A stretch of 63,405 nt of DNA, filler included, from Lenisia limosa (GCA_001655205.1; 8 parts of 8 records of this genome joined end to end with filler, not necessarily neighbours in it), one strand, 5' to 3'. Shown: positions 13,482-26,393, numbered from the whole stretch's first letter. A program made the numbers and translations. The notes: generated by a model from the sequence alone, not told the origin.

Positions 13482-16400
13482 CTACTTCTTCTCGTTGCGG
13501 ATGGCAGCCTGGGCGGCAGCAAGGCGGGCAATAGGCACACGGAAGGGAGAGCAAGAGACGTAGTCGAGGCCAACACGATGGCAGAAGTCGATGGACTCGG
13601 GCTCACCACCATGCTCACCGCAGATACCTGCAAGTCAGAGATATTCGAGCCACAAAGAGAGCAGGGAAAACATCATATTTGCTTACCGAGCTTCATGCCA
13701 GGGCGGGTCTTGCGGCCAAGGTCAGCAGCCATCTTGACGAGTTTGCCAACACCGTTCTGGTCGAGAGATTGGAAGGGGTCAACAGGGAAGATACCTGGAA
13801 AGTTAGAAATGCCAGTGAAGACGAGAAGATTTCAAAGCCAAGCAGCATACCCTTGTCGGAGTAGGTGGGGAGGAAAGTACCGGCGTCGTCACGAGACATG
13901 CCGAGGGTGGTCTGGGTAAGATCGTTGGTACCGAATGAGAAGAACTCGGCGTCCTAGAAGGTCAGAAAGGTCCGAAAGTATGGGAAAGAAAAGCAACAGG
14001 GATATTTCAGAAGAAATGAGACTATGCACTCACCTCAGCGAGCTCGTCAGCGGTGAGAGCGGCACGGGGAAGCTCAATCATGGTTCCGACCATGTACTTA
14101 AGGTCCTCGGTGGCCTTCTTCTCGGCCTTGACATCCTCGTAGACCTATACTAATGAGAACACGAAAAGAAGCTGAGAACAAGAATATTCTGCAGTTTTTT
14201 TCTTTTCTTTATTATTCATATTCCGTACCTTCACAACGGCCTCCTTGAGGATCTCGAGCTCCTTCTTGATGCAGACGAGGGGAATCATAACCTCGGGGGC
14301 GACGTTGATGCCTTCGGCCTGGACCTGGAAAGCAGCCTCGAAGACAGCCTAAAAGTGAGTCAAAATAAGAAGAATGGTAACAGTGTCAAAAATAAACAAA
14401 TGAATGCAGATAAGAAAACCCAACACACCTGGGCTTGCATCTCGTAGAGACCGGACTCGGTGATGCCGAGACGGCAACCACGGTGACCGAGCATGGGGTT
14501 CTCCTCGTGGAGGGCCTTGATGCGCTGGTGGATCTCGACCTGAAAGTGTTAAATCAGTCCGAGCAAGAGGAAAAAAAAAAAATGTTAAAGGAAAAAACGT
14601 AAGATATCATGTGCTCACCTCCTCGACGTTAAGAGCCTTAGCAATGGTGGTGATGTCCTCGGCCTTCTCGGGGAGGAACTCGTGAAGAGGGGGGTCAAGA
14701 AGACGGATGGTGATGGGCTTGCCGGGCATGAGACGGAAGATGTCGACGTAGTCAGTGCGTTGGAAGACGATGAGCTTCTGGAGGGCAGCCTTGCGCTCGT
14801 CCTCGTTGCCGGAGAGAATCATCTGGCGCATGACGTTGATACGCTCGGGGTCGAAGAACATATGCTCGGTACGGCAGAGACCGATACCTTCGGCACCGTT
14901 GGTGTTGGAAACGGTAACGTTCTCAACGGTGTCAGCGTTGGCGCGAACCTGCAAGTGGTCAGATCAGCAAAAAATTGTGAAAAAAGTAAGGGTAATAATA
15001 AAGATTCAAAAAAAAAAACAAGATGCAAACCTTGAGGGTACGGTAAGAGTCGGCCCAAGACATGAGCTTGCCGAGGTTGTCGGAGTTGAGATCGGGGGCA
15101 ACAAGGTTGAGGGCACCCATCATGACCTCACCGGTGGAACCGTTGAGGGTAAGAGAGTCAGCAGTGGTGAGCTCCTTGCCGTTGATGATGCACTTGTCAC
15201 CGACAACCTTAACTTCTCCGGCACCGGAGACACAGGGGCAACCCATACCACGGGCAACGACGGCGGCGTGAGAGGTCATACCACCACGAGCGGTGAGGAT
15301 ACCCTTAGCGGCAGCCATACCGGTGATGTCCTCGGGAGAGGTCTCGAGACGGACGAGGATACAGTCGACACCGGCTTCCTTGGAGACGACGGCGTCTTCG
15401 GCGGTGAAGACGATCTTACCGACGGCGGCACCGGGGGAGGCGGGGAGACCCTTGGTGAGAACGTCACGGACGGCCTTGGGGTCGATGCGGGGATGGAGGA
15501 GCTGGTTNNNNNNNNNNNNNNNNNNNNNNNNNNNNNNNNNNNNNNNNNNNNNNNNNNNNNNNNNNNNNNNGGTCGACGCGGAGAACGGCAGTCTTTTTGT
15601 CGATGAGGCCTTCGGCTTCCATCTCGACGGCCATGCGGACGGCGGCGGGACCGGTGCGCTTTCCGCTACGGGTCTGGAGGAGGAAGAGCTTGCCGTCCTC
15701 AACAGTGAACTCAATGTCTTGCATGTCATGGTAGTGAGCCTCGAGCTTCTTGTAGGCGCATTCGAGCTCCTTGTAGACCTCGGGCATCTCCTCTTCCATG
15801 GAAGGCTCGGTCATGCCGGCACGGAGGCGGGTCTCCTTGGTGATGTACTGGGGGGTACGGATACCAGCGACGACATCCTCACCCTGGGCGTTGCGGAGCC
15901 ACTCACCGAAGAAGTAGTTCTCACCAGTAGAGGGATCGCGAGTGAAAGCGACACCAGTGGCGGAAGACTCACCCTTGTTACCGAAAACCATAGTCTGGAC
16001 GTTGACGGCGGTACCCCAGGAGTCGGCGATGTTGTTCNNNNNNNNNNNNNNNNNNNNNNNNNNNNNNNNNNNNNNNNNNNNNNNNNNNNNNNNNNNNNNN
16101 NNNNNNNNNNNNNNNNGGTAGACGATGGCACGCTTGTTGTTCCATGAGCGGAAGACAGCGGCGATGGCACCCCAGAGCTGGACGATGGGGTCCTGAGGGA
16201 AGTCGTGGCCGGACTGCTCCTTGAAGATCTACATGGGTAAGAAGACTGAAGTTCATAAACACAAGAAAGAACATAGGAAGGAGGGAGGGAGTGGAGAGAG
16301 AAAAAAAAAAGGGGGAAATAAGTGATCTTGCTTACGATCTTGAACTGATCGATCATGGTCTTCCAGTCGTCAGCGGTGAGGTCGGTATCGTTGTTGGTCT

Positions 16401-17393
16401 TCTTGGCAACCTGGAGGGTAAGGGCAAGAAGAGAGGAATGAATAAAACTGAAGAAAACCAAAAAAATATGTGAAAATAATCATTCCCATTCTGACCTTAG
16501 CGGACTCAATGAGGTGCTCGAAGGCTTCCATGTTGAGAGACTCGACGACATTAGCGTACATCATGATGAAGCGACGGTCTATGCTGTCAAAAAAAGTATT
16601 TGAAGAAAAGGCGAAATGACAAGTCACAGTATTCATTGGTGAAATTTAATTGAAATCATCCCACTCACAGCAATCGAAGGCGAAACGCTCGTTGCCAGTC
16701 TCCTCAGCGAGGCCCTTGACGGAAGCGTCATTGAGACCAAGGTTGAGGACGGTGTCCATCATACCGGGCCTGGAAATGTCAATAAATATTGAAACAAAGA
16801 CGATATTGAAGGTGGAAGGGGAGGGAAGAATGTAGGCTTGAAAAAAATAGAGGGAAAGTTGAATTCAATTTTCAAAATTAATTGCAAGTCATGAGGTCAC
16901 ATGATAGTGGAGAAAACGCTGCTTACATAGAAACGCGAGCACCGGAACGGATAGAGAGGAGGAGAGCGTTCTTCTCAGCACCGAACTTCTTGCCCATAAC
17001 GTCCTCAGTCATCTTGATGGCGTTGGTAACCTACAGAGGGTTAATAACTGAATGACACAAGTGATCTTTCGGCCATATTTTCAAATTGCAAATGCCTACC
17101 TGGTCCTTGATCTCCTGGGGGAATGAGAGGTTGTTATCCCAGAAAACTTGGCAAGTGCCAGTGGAGATGGTGAAACCGGGGGGGACGGGGAGGCCGATGT
17201 TGCACATCTCAGCGAGATTGCATCCCTGAAAAAAAGTTAATCAGGCGTTCACTAAATAAAAAAGAACAATTCTCAAAATAACCCTCTAATTTCAACAAAA
17301 CAATCGTTCCCCACAAACCTTACCACCAAGGGTATCGCGCATGTCCTTGCCACCCTCGACCTTATCCTTGTTGAAAACGTAAACGTACTGCAT
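13482..17393 (-). CDS. ppdK: Pyruvate, phosphate dikinase
   Basis: MQYVYVF...[26 protein letters not shown]; [12 protein letters not shown]; [12 protein letters not shown]; [14 protein letters not shown] (phospho-His); GLCRTEHMF; [13 protein letters not shown]; [13 protein letters not shown]; GTNDLTQ; GICGEHGG; [19 protein letters not shown]. Two N-gaps lie inside the coding region. Confidence 0.99.
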
Positions 17394-17481
17394 ACTAAAA
17401 AAAAGTTATTTAAAAACATCAACGTGTCATACAAACCTGAATAAAGGCCGAAAACTAAAAAAACATTCACTGAAAAGAGAT

Positions 17482-17522
17482 AGTCCAGTTCAGTTCAGTT
17501 CACTTTCGAAATTATAAATATT
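17482..17522 (-). promoter_or_regulatory. Putative core promoter (TATA-like plus GAACT cluster) upstream of ppdK
   Basis: Sense strand TATTTATAATTTCGAAAGTGAACTGAACTGAACTGGACT about 90-125 nt before the ATG. Confidence 0.5.
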
Positions 17523-17781
17523 TCATATGTAATTCTCATATTATCATTATTGTAAAACTATAGTAGTAGAAAACTAGAAACTATAAAGAACTACTAAAGA
17601 GCTAATACCTATATTATTATCTGTTAGTTACTTGCCGTTTTCCTTCGCTTGTGAACCCTACAAGCTACCTCCTTTTCCCCTCAGGTCAATTTTTGTATAT
17701 TTAGAGTAATCTAATTGTTTTTAAGCTTTGTAAGGAGTAAATTGAAAAGAACTCTGAAATTGCTTTGCCCAGTTGTTTATC

Positions 17782-19568
17782 ATGAACAATACGTTGCCAT
17801 CCTCAACAAGGGTAGGTTGAATCCCGATCATTTCTTCTTTTTTAGTAACCAACGGTTTAAATAAAGGGGGTTAAGTTTCAAAAGTGAAATGCATCACCAT
17901 TCCTTACTCCCGAGGTTGAACCGTTCGAGACGGTTGAAGAATGGAAGCACTTTATGCAGGTCAAGGAGACGGAAAGAACAACGCGGCCTGGTGACCTAGA
18001 TCCGGAAGGTTCAGACACGCCTTTTGAAACGTGGGGTTCTACCAGTAATGGATTCTGCTACCCTTTTCTGATTCTCAAATTACTCTTCCTTCCTTCACTC
18101 TTTTTTCCTCCCTTTTAATAGCTTTAGGCAAGAGGAGTGGCTGGACTGGTACAAATCTCAAGTCAACACCGGGCATATTGTTCCAGGTAATGATATGTAA
18201 TAAGCGAAAATAAAATGATCAATGTTTCTTTCCATAACAGTTTCCAACCCTCACCTCATGTCATATTAGGACGAAGAAGGAAAGTTGAGCCAAACCTCTC
18301 ACTTTTCGCACCCATTGTTAATCAGGCTATTCCTGCACCAAGAACTCATCATAAGAAGTTCCCAATAATAGCCCCCCATGCTGGTAGGCTTCTGTTGGAA
18401 ATATGACCTTTTCTGATCCTTTCGCCTGCTCACTCTTTAGGAGCGCTATTTATTGGGCATCGTCAAACAGAAGTGAGGGGAGTATAGATGTATCAAATAG
18501 CAGCCAAAGGGTGATATCTAGAAAAGGATACTGTATTGTTGAGTTTGTGGTTATTTCTATTACAAGGATGACGCATTTAGACTGGATTTCAGTTCATTAC
18601 TGGACCTGTCGGTCTGGGTGAGAAGTGGCTCTCATTGGAAGAGGCTATGAACCATAGGTACATGGCGGCTTTCTAGCTGGAATTGAAATTGAGGTGTGAT
18701 ACAACAGTTTATGAAGAAAATGATGGTGCATACAGAATTGGTCTACATTTCTTACTCCGCCAGCGCAAGGGACTTTGAGACCTATTTGGCGTCTTTCCTT
18801 CCCCCCATCTACCTACCAGATACTATGGTTATGGATCCAACTGCCCAAAATGTGAGTATTGGGTCTCTAATATTGGGCTTGAGAAAGGGACGGATTATTC
18901 ATATTTTTATTGCTGACAAGAATACATTGTCATTATTTGTCTTCTTTTTTTATTCCTGATATCCTAATAATTTCCTTTAGTAATAACTTGTTCCGCATAT
19001 TTTACGGGAAGCTCTGCAGTTTGTACCAGTTTTATAACTCCAAGTTTCTCGCTTACCTTGGTCAGATGCCTGGAATGACACCAATGCAAAACACTCCGCT
19101 CCCCGACATTTCTCTTCAACCTTTGCACTCAGAAGACCTTATGGCTAATGTCCAGCAGGTTGGAGGAAGGAGTCCCCAGGGTGACATTCTTGAAATGACG
19201 AAGTTTTTATCTTTAATTTATATTCCGCCAGGATGACCTGTTTTATGCAGATTAGGCATTTCGTTGTTAGTTATTGGATCACCATTGTAACTATGGTACA
19301 GCGACCAGTATAACACCCCCAGGTTCTTGCAATGTCGCAACTTCCTTCACAGCCATCATCCCTTCAGCCCGGCCTCCAGCCACCCTTTTCAGAATTTGTG
19401 GTGAGCGCGGCCTCTTATGATACTCTTTGAACTGTAATTGCCGCTTACTTATCTTGAGAGGAGGCAGCCAGATTTAAGTTGGTTCAGTGCTTTTTTTTAT
19501 TATTATTTATTTATTACACTTTCATTTCTATTTTCCCAAGGTCAAAAAAAGGACTGAACCACCTTTAC
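17782..19568 (+). CDS. Hypothetical multi-exon protein with P/Q/S-rich C-terminal part; 3' end truncated by contig end
   Basis: GT-AG-bounded open segments such as FMKKMMVHTELVYISYSASARDFETYLASFLPPIYLPDT and LYQFYNSKFLAYLGQMPGMTPMQNTPLPD. No family recognised; start uncertain. Confidence 0.45.
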
Positions 19569-19668
19569 NNNNNNNNNNNNNNNNNNNNNNNNNNNNNNNN
19601 NNNNNNNNNNNNTTAATTAATTAANNNNNNNNNNNNNNNNNNNNNNNNNNNNNNNNNNNNNNNNNNNN
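19569..19668. other. Artificial contig linker
   Basis: 44 N + TTAATTAATTAA (stop codons in all six frames) + 44 N. Confidence 0.97.
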
Positions 19669-19733
19669 ACAGAGTTGATTTTGGGGCTTTTTTGTTTCAT
19701 AAATTTTCCAATTTAACTCCCCCCCACCCCCAG

Positions 19734-21730
19734 GATCGCATTCGTTTTATATGAGTGTTTCTTCACAAAATTCTCATATTGGTAGTCCCGTCATCATTAT
19801 CCTTTCCCCTCAATCACCACCTCATACTTTCAGATGTGTTTCCCCTCAATCACCACCTCATACTTTCAGATGTGTTTTCCCTCATTCAGCACCGGCAAGT
19901 CAGTCAGGCCATGCCCTCAGTCGCTGAACTCATTAACTTGCTCGCACTTCTCCCCGGACGCCCGCCCCTGCCAACCCATCACTTCCCTCCTTCCGCTTCT
20001 GGTTTGTGCTCTGACTCTTACTGTCTTTCATCTGCTGCTTTGTTTTTATTCAGACCTGAAGTCTGGACTTTGTTTTTATTCAGACCTGAAGTCTGGGCTT
20101 TGGAGCCTGGGCTTTGTTGTTATTCGGACCTGGAGCCTGGGTTTTGTTGTTATTCGGACCTGAAGTCTGGGCTTTGTTGTTATTCGGACCTGGAGCCTGG
20201 GCTTTGTTTTTGTTTTCTACCCTGTCAGAGTTAATTATCATTTTATCCATTGTCCAATTTACCCCCCCCCCCCCNNNNNNNNNNNNNNNNNNNNNNNNNN
20301 NNNNNNNNNNNNNNNNNNNNNNNNNNNNNNNNNNNNNNNNNNNNNNNNNNNNNNNNNNNTGACCCTCGTCCGCGACCGCGTTGACACTGACCTGCGATCT
20401 ATGATCTGGATCATGCAGCAAAACAACGCAGGGGCCTCGCCTGGTGTCCTGCAGGTGGGTTGGCAGAAAGGAAATGTCTAATCGGGGTACACAAACAAGG
20501 AAATAGGGACTCCATAAACGTCGCTTTTGGTGTCATTATTATCAAATATTCTGGTGTGGGCATCTCTACAGGTCGCATTCTCTTGAATAAGAAGTGTACC
20601 TTGCTTAATGTGACGAATGCTATTTAAATGAAAGAATTTGCAATCTGAAAACAATGGTTGCTTCCGTTTCTGTAATAAAAACGGGTATCAATAAGCTTGA
20701 ATGGGTTCCTTGATTGAGCGGCTCTTTGTTTTGTGTATTGTAACCGCCGTGGTAGAGTGTCCATTGAGACTAAAAAACAATCACCCAGTATTCCCAACCA
20801 TTTCTTTGTGTAGTCAACCGCTGGACTCTGTAATCCTAGTTTCAATAGAGACTTGACTGCAAAAAACCTTAACCAGTAAATAGTGTCGTAATTGTTAACA
20901 AAAACTGTGTGATCCTAATAATAACTTCATCCCATTATCGTATTGTTTATATTGAAGGTCTCTGGTATGACCAGCGTACCGTCTGCTCAGATTCGAGGTG
21001 TTACACCCCCAGAGGAAGCCTCAGTGGGGGGGGGGGGTTGATTNNNNNNNNNNNNNNNNNNNNNNNNNNNNNNNNNNNNNNNNNNNNNNNNNNNNNNNNN
21101 NNNNNNNNNNNNNNNNNNNNNNNNNNNNNNNNNCGCCCACGTCTCCACCATGCCCCTTCCCAGCAGCCAACTTCTTGATATTCTCATGTCCCTCGCCCGA
21201 GACGAAGTACCCCAGGCCTGGGCGTCTATCATCCCGCTCTCTGGTTGGTTTAGTGATAGGATGGAAATACAGTGACCCGCGACAAGTCTTGACCGATTTG
21301 CTATGTGATTTCCCAAGGAAAGTTGGTCAAGACTCATCCCGGACTCATCCCGGTCACTGTATCCCTGGATGCTTTCTTTATGTGATTGGAGTTATATCGA
21401 TTATGTTCCAGCTGTGATTGATATGTGTTGCTTTCTCTTTTCACCTCCATATCCTAAATCAGAGCCTCCAGTGTTTTTGTATCACGAATGCTCAATAGAG
21501 TGGATTCTTCCCTCTCCCATATTTCTTTTTGTTTCATAATTTTTCCAGTAATTTTCCAATAATTACTTATTGTTGTAGTTCATATAAGTTCCACTTTACC
21601 ACCACTCCCCTCCCCCTAACAGAGTTGATTTTGGTCTTATTTTTTGTTTGTTTCACAAATTTAACAATTTTATCCCCCCCAGCACACACTCGAGAACAGT
21701 CGTCAGTGGCGGCATCGAATGTTTCAAGGT
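19734..21730 (+). CDS. Internal fragment of a large helical (ARM/HEAT-like) protein; both ends missing; possibly an upstream part of URB1
   Basis: GC-richer exons between GT-AG introns: QAMPSVAELINLLALLPG; LVRDRVDTDLRSMIWIMQQNNAG; STMPLPSSQLLDILMSLARDEVPQAWASII. No decisive motif. Confidence 0.4.
20038..20215. repeat. 30-bp tandem repeat, about 6 diverged units, intronic
   Basis: Unit ~TTATTCGGACCTG(G/A)AG(C/T)CTGGGCTTTGTTG. Confidence 0.9.
21268..21361. mobile_element. MITE family B (Tc1/mariner-type)
   Basis: TA|CAGTGAC...AAGTCTTGACC GATTTGCTATGTGATTTCCCAAGGAAAGTT GGTCAAGACT...GTCACTG|TA; internal 11-bp duplication GACTCATCCCG. Confidence 0.85.
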
Positions 21731-21851
21731 GGATCTCAAGTGGGAGGGGGGGGGCAAATTGAGGTTTGTTTTTATGCTTTTTTTTAATTATTATTATTAA
21801 TATAATACTATCATATAAATTTATTTAAAGGGTCAAAAGCTTCCCTTGTTA

Positions 21852-21951
21852 NNNNNNNNNNNNNNNNNNNNNNNNNNNNNNNNNNNNNNNNNNNNTTAAT
21901 TAATTAANNNNNNNNNNNNNNNNNNNNNNNNNNNNNNNNNNNNNNNNNNNN
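21852..21951. other. Artificial contig linker
   Basis: 44 N + TTAATTAATTAA + 44 N. Confidence 0.97.
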
Positions 21952-22140
21952 GTCTAAGAGTCTAAGAGTATTTATATATAATACAGTGTATATATCTATC
22001 TATCTATCTATCTTTATAATAGTGTCTAAATATCCTCCTAGCACCCTCCTAGCCCCATCTCTTCAATTCATAACTATTTGATGTTTTGAGTTTTTTTGTC
22101 TTAAAATCAAAAACAGTAGCTCACCCCCTCACCCCAGCGT

Positions 22141-25100
22141 TTGAGCTACTCGATTCAGTCAATTCTGTCGATGAAGATGTCGGAGGTATCACGCCCTCGA
22201 CCCAGCCTCACCATCCCAACAGTTTCCAACTTTACCGCCCCCAATGTGAGAGGGCTTTGATAACCGGAAATTGACGTAGTGCTATTACTCTGAGCTGGGA
22301 TGCGGATGAAGATAAGGCCTTTCTTTAAGTTTGATTTCTAATTCCAGTTGATGTTGTTCGGTTCATCCCCTCTCTACCGACCCTTGTCTGTGTTTAATTG
22401 AGAATTGATTGGAGGCTTCTTTTTTTTGTTTCATAAATTTTCCATATTTCTCACCCCCCAGGTCCAGCACACACTACGCCCCTCCGAGCTGGACACCTCA
22501 GGTACCTTTGACCTTGGCCTTGTTCTGGACCCGTCCTTTGTCCTTCCCGTCGTCACGGCGGTCGCCACACACCTGGAGTATGACGCACAGAAGGTGGGGC
22601 CGGTGCTATTGCTTTGCCGACTAGTGTCTTTGATTTCTCACAACATGTTGATGTGTTTTCTCTTTGCCTTCTCTCTCTCTCCTTCCTCATCTGCATATCC
22701 TCCTGGAACTCTTTTGCTTGTCCTTTTAAATCAGCGTTTTCTATTATTGTTAGAGGAAATTCTGTCATAATGCCCCAGCCCTCCATTTCCCTGTCAATAT
22801 GACACCTATTTCCCAGGCAATATGACCATTTCAGTTCATCAGCGGTGGAGTGCTGGGCTATCTTATCACGTGTCTATCATCACCGTGTGACCCCGTGAGA
22901 ATCCAGGCCTACACCAGTGAGTGGTGCAACGTCACGGATTTCCTCCATGTCGACTTAATCCTTTATCCAACAATTGATAGTTATCCTTCGTGTCTTTTTC
23001 CTTGTTGCCGAATTGAATACTATTACAGAATATTGGGTAGTTTTCTACCCAATGTGATTTGAATGTATTGACCCCCCAGGCTTGGCGCAGCTCTTCGAAG
23101 TGTTCAACGCCACGCTTTATCCTGAAGTTCACCATCTCCTTGATTGTATGCAATGGGTCGAGGGGTTTGAAGCCTGTATAGTTGGATGACTTGAGATTAC
23201 TGAATGCCAAGAGAGGTTTTTAGGAGTGGTGTTCCAGCAATTCTCTCTTATTTCTTACAGTCCCTTCTCACCCCCCTCAGCTCTGAGGAAGACAATCACA
23301 TCCGCGAACCAGGTTCTCCCCAGCAACTTAACAGCCTTCGTTGCTGCCGCTCTCCCCGCCCTGTCACGCCCTGATGTAGGCCTCAGGGCAACACTGCTTC
23401 CTCCATAGTTTAGTAGCTTGATCCATGGCACATCGTTTTGTCTATGATCGAGTTTTGTCCCACGATAAATGACTTGGCCTTGATACAAGGATTGTGGATC
23501 CATACATATCTACCTTATGATCTTGACAAATAGACTGTATCAATCCACCGAACTTCTGTCATCCCCACATTTAGATATTTTCTTTATCTGTTTCGACCGT
23601 CAGTCCAGTTCATTTCCCAGCACGCCATGTACACGCTTGTCAACAAGTTTGTTCTCTCACGCCCCCGCTTGGACATCACCAGTGTCCCTCTTGTGTCCGC
23701 AGCCATGTTGANNNNNNNNNNNNNNNNNNNNNNNNNNNNNNNNNNNNNNNNNNNNNNNNNNNNNNNNNNNNNNNNNNNNNNNNNNNNNNNNNNNNNNNNN
23801 NNNNNNACAGGGTTTATTATATTTAGCAATGAGAAATAAAAAATAAGGGATAGTATCTGGGTTTATAATAACTATGTGATGGGTTCCAACATACAGTTAA
23901 CCTGACGTCTACTTTCCTGGCATCTAGCTTACATCTTTTGAGACCTTTTTAACAGAAAAAAGAGTCAACTGTTTACTATTCCACCGATCAAGACATTCTG
24001 ACGCTTCAGTTTCCAGAAGCGCTGGGTACTTGACATGGTTGCCAACAGCATGCATAACCTGAGTGACTTTACTGTCAGGGGGGGGGGGGGNNNNNNNNNN
24101 NNNNNNNNNNNNNNNNNNNNNNNNNNNNNNNNNNNNNNNNNNNNNNNNNNNNNNNNNNNNNNNNNNNNNNNNNNNNNNNNNNNNNNNNNNNNNNNNNNNN
24201 NNNNNNNNNNNNNNNNNNNNNACAGCTCCTCAAGAAGCGTGGAGTCCTTGTCCATGTCATGAACCAATGCGTTGCAAACGGCCCGGCTATTTTGGTCAAA
24301 CAGGCCTGGAACGTGCTGAAGACCGTCTGCACCGTCCCTGTAATTGCCGGTTAGCAACGGGGGGAGGGGGGGGGGCATTGATTCCCAAAACGTATTCATT
24401 AATGTTCTTCTGTTTCATTATGGATATTCTTCTATCAAGATAAATTTAACAATAAGACATTCAGATCAACCTACCTCCCTCTATGCGAGATTGAGATTAG
24501 CGCCTCTGTTTTCATAAATTCCAATCACCCGCTGCCGCCGCCTTTTCTTCATCCTAATCCCCGCGCAGCCAATTTCTGCACGCGCGAATCGATATTTGTT
24601 TGGCTGTCTGGGGTAGTGAGTAGCCCCAACACCCCCGTGGAGACCCTTGCTCTCGCCGCTGGTCTGGCTAAGCAGATCGCCACCGTCGTGAGCTTCACCG
24701 TGAGGGGGGGGGGGGGNNNNNNNNNNNNNNNNNNNNNNNNNNNNNNNNNNNNNNNNNNNNNNNNNNNNNNNNNNNNNNNNNNNNNNATACTGTTGTTATG
24801 CCAGTTTCCCCCTGACTTGAGCTTTAATCGATGATCATTTTATTGGCATAGTAGTTCCCTTTGTCTCTTATCAGAAGACTTGGACTAATCCCCTCAGAGT
24901 ATCCCTGAAGCAGCAGCCGACCTGACAGGTTTCTCCCTTGCCCTGGCCAACCGTGTGATGTCCGTTTCGGCCTCAAGCCTCCCCGTGTCCCTCCTTCCGC
25001 ATTTGGCAAGTTGCGCCGCTGTCGCCGCCTCTGCCCTCCCAGCCTCGTCCCCCCTCACTCCCCTCACTTTGACCCAAGTATGGATAAGGGACTGCATTCA

Positions 25101-26052
25101 TAATTCAATTTATTTGTTGGTGATTTACAGTAATTGATACAAAAATGCATTCATTTCTGTCATTCCTTGTATCTCTTAGCTAACCCTCATGTAGATCTGT
25201 ACGCTTCTTCTCCCCACCCAGTTCCCTTTAACCTCTCAATTGGCCGTAACAGTCGTATTGAGACGATACAACGTCTTATTCGCCTCCAGTCAGCCCATGT
25301 ATGCTGGCTCGTTGAGAGCGTTGAGCAATGCTCACCAATATCCGTTGAATGATGATGATGTGGAGGGACGGCGTCTGCCAGATACATTAATGGAAACTTG
25401 GGATGACGACGTGCGATGATATTGTGATTTACAATGGTTTTGTTGTCCTTGAACATCCTATTCACAGCCCAGGGACGAAGTAGTTTTTGCCCTCAAAGCT
25501 GCGGCCACCACCGTCCACTCCATGGTGTCCCTTGTTATCGACGCTCCTGCCTTCCCCGTTGTCAAGTCCAAGAAGCCTTCTAAGTTCCTCGAGGTTGGTG
25601 CGGCTTTTTGGCGCTTGAAAGGGCTCCTTTTGATGAATATTTTGATAATTTTATCTGCTACCATGTACCAACATAGAGCCCTTCATTTCTTTCAATCTCA
25701 CGCCATACAGGTTGGCGCAGCCGCAATGACCGCACCTCGCGCCTCCCACCTCTTCTCCGACTGTCTGTCCAAAGCCATGGCTTCCCAGCCCGGGCTTGTG
25801 GAACTGATTTCATCGGATGTGGATTCTCGAACTGCCGGACTGATCGGGTCCGGATATTCCGGACTTGGGTCTGGATATCACGAACGCCGCCACGTCATCG
25901 GTGACCGCCTCTCCGGTCTTGCTCTCTCTGTTGCCACGCACAACCTCAAGAGGTCACGTGACGGTGATGATTTTGACAGAAAGAAGGCTCGAATGACTGA
26001 GATTATCACTTCAGCTCTCTCGGAGGGCAAATTAGGTTTGATGGGCTGCTGA
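22141..26052 (+). CDS. URB1: Nucleolar pre-ribosomal-associated protein 1 (URB1/Npa1), C-terminal part
   Basis: Ordered blocks match the URB1 C-terminal domain from memory: LDPSFVLPVV; VLGYLITCLSSPCDPVRIQAY; LRKTITSANQVLPSNLTAFVAAALPALSRP; HAMYTLVNKFVLSRPRLDITSVPLV; FQKRWVLDMVANSMHNLSDFTLLKKRGVLVHVM. Confidence 0.72.
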
Positions 26053-26393
26053 GGGAGAGGGACAATTCTTAAAATACTCACGGTTGTACTTTCGCGATAG
26101 ATTCTCACCCCCCCCCCCCCAGGNNNNNNNNNNNNNNNNNNNNNNNNNNNNNNNNNNNNNNNNNNNNNNNNNNNNNNNNNNNNNNNNNNNNNNNNNNNNN
26201 NNNNNNNNNNNNNNNNNNNNNNNNNNNNNNNNNNNNNNNACAAGTTTCTAATTCCAGTTCCCGTTGTGTCCAAACCAACTCCTTTCAGCGCATTTTCCAA
26301 GATTTTACAAGTTCCTTATTTTTTGAAATGCATCATATCGAACAAAACTATAATCCAGTTAAAATAACAATAGAATAAATCAAACGAAAACAA

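Noticed and set aside
13578-16147. Long plus-strand ORFs (up to 284 aa) opposite ppdK
   Set aside because: Antisense shadows caused by the strong codon bias of ppdK and read-through of N runs; no recognisable motifs.
19613-19624. Recurrent palindrome TTAATTAATTAA as a biological repeat or CRISPR-like element
   Set aside because: Always centred in an exact 44N-12-44N block; it is a six-frame-stop linker added when contigs were concatenated.
19755-20421. ORFs with LFRPEVW / CCYSDLEPG / NNKAQAPGP repeats as repeat proteins
   Set aside because: They are translations of an intronic 30-bp tandem array in several frames.
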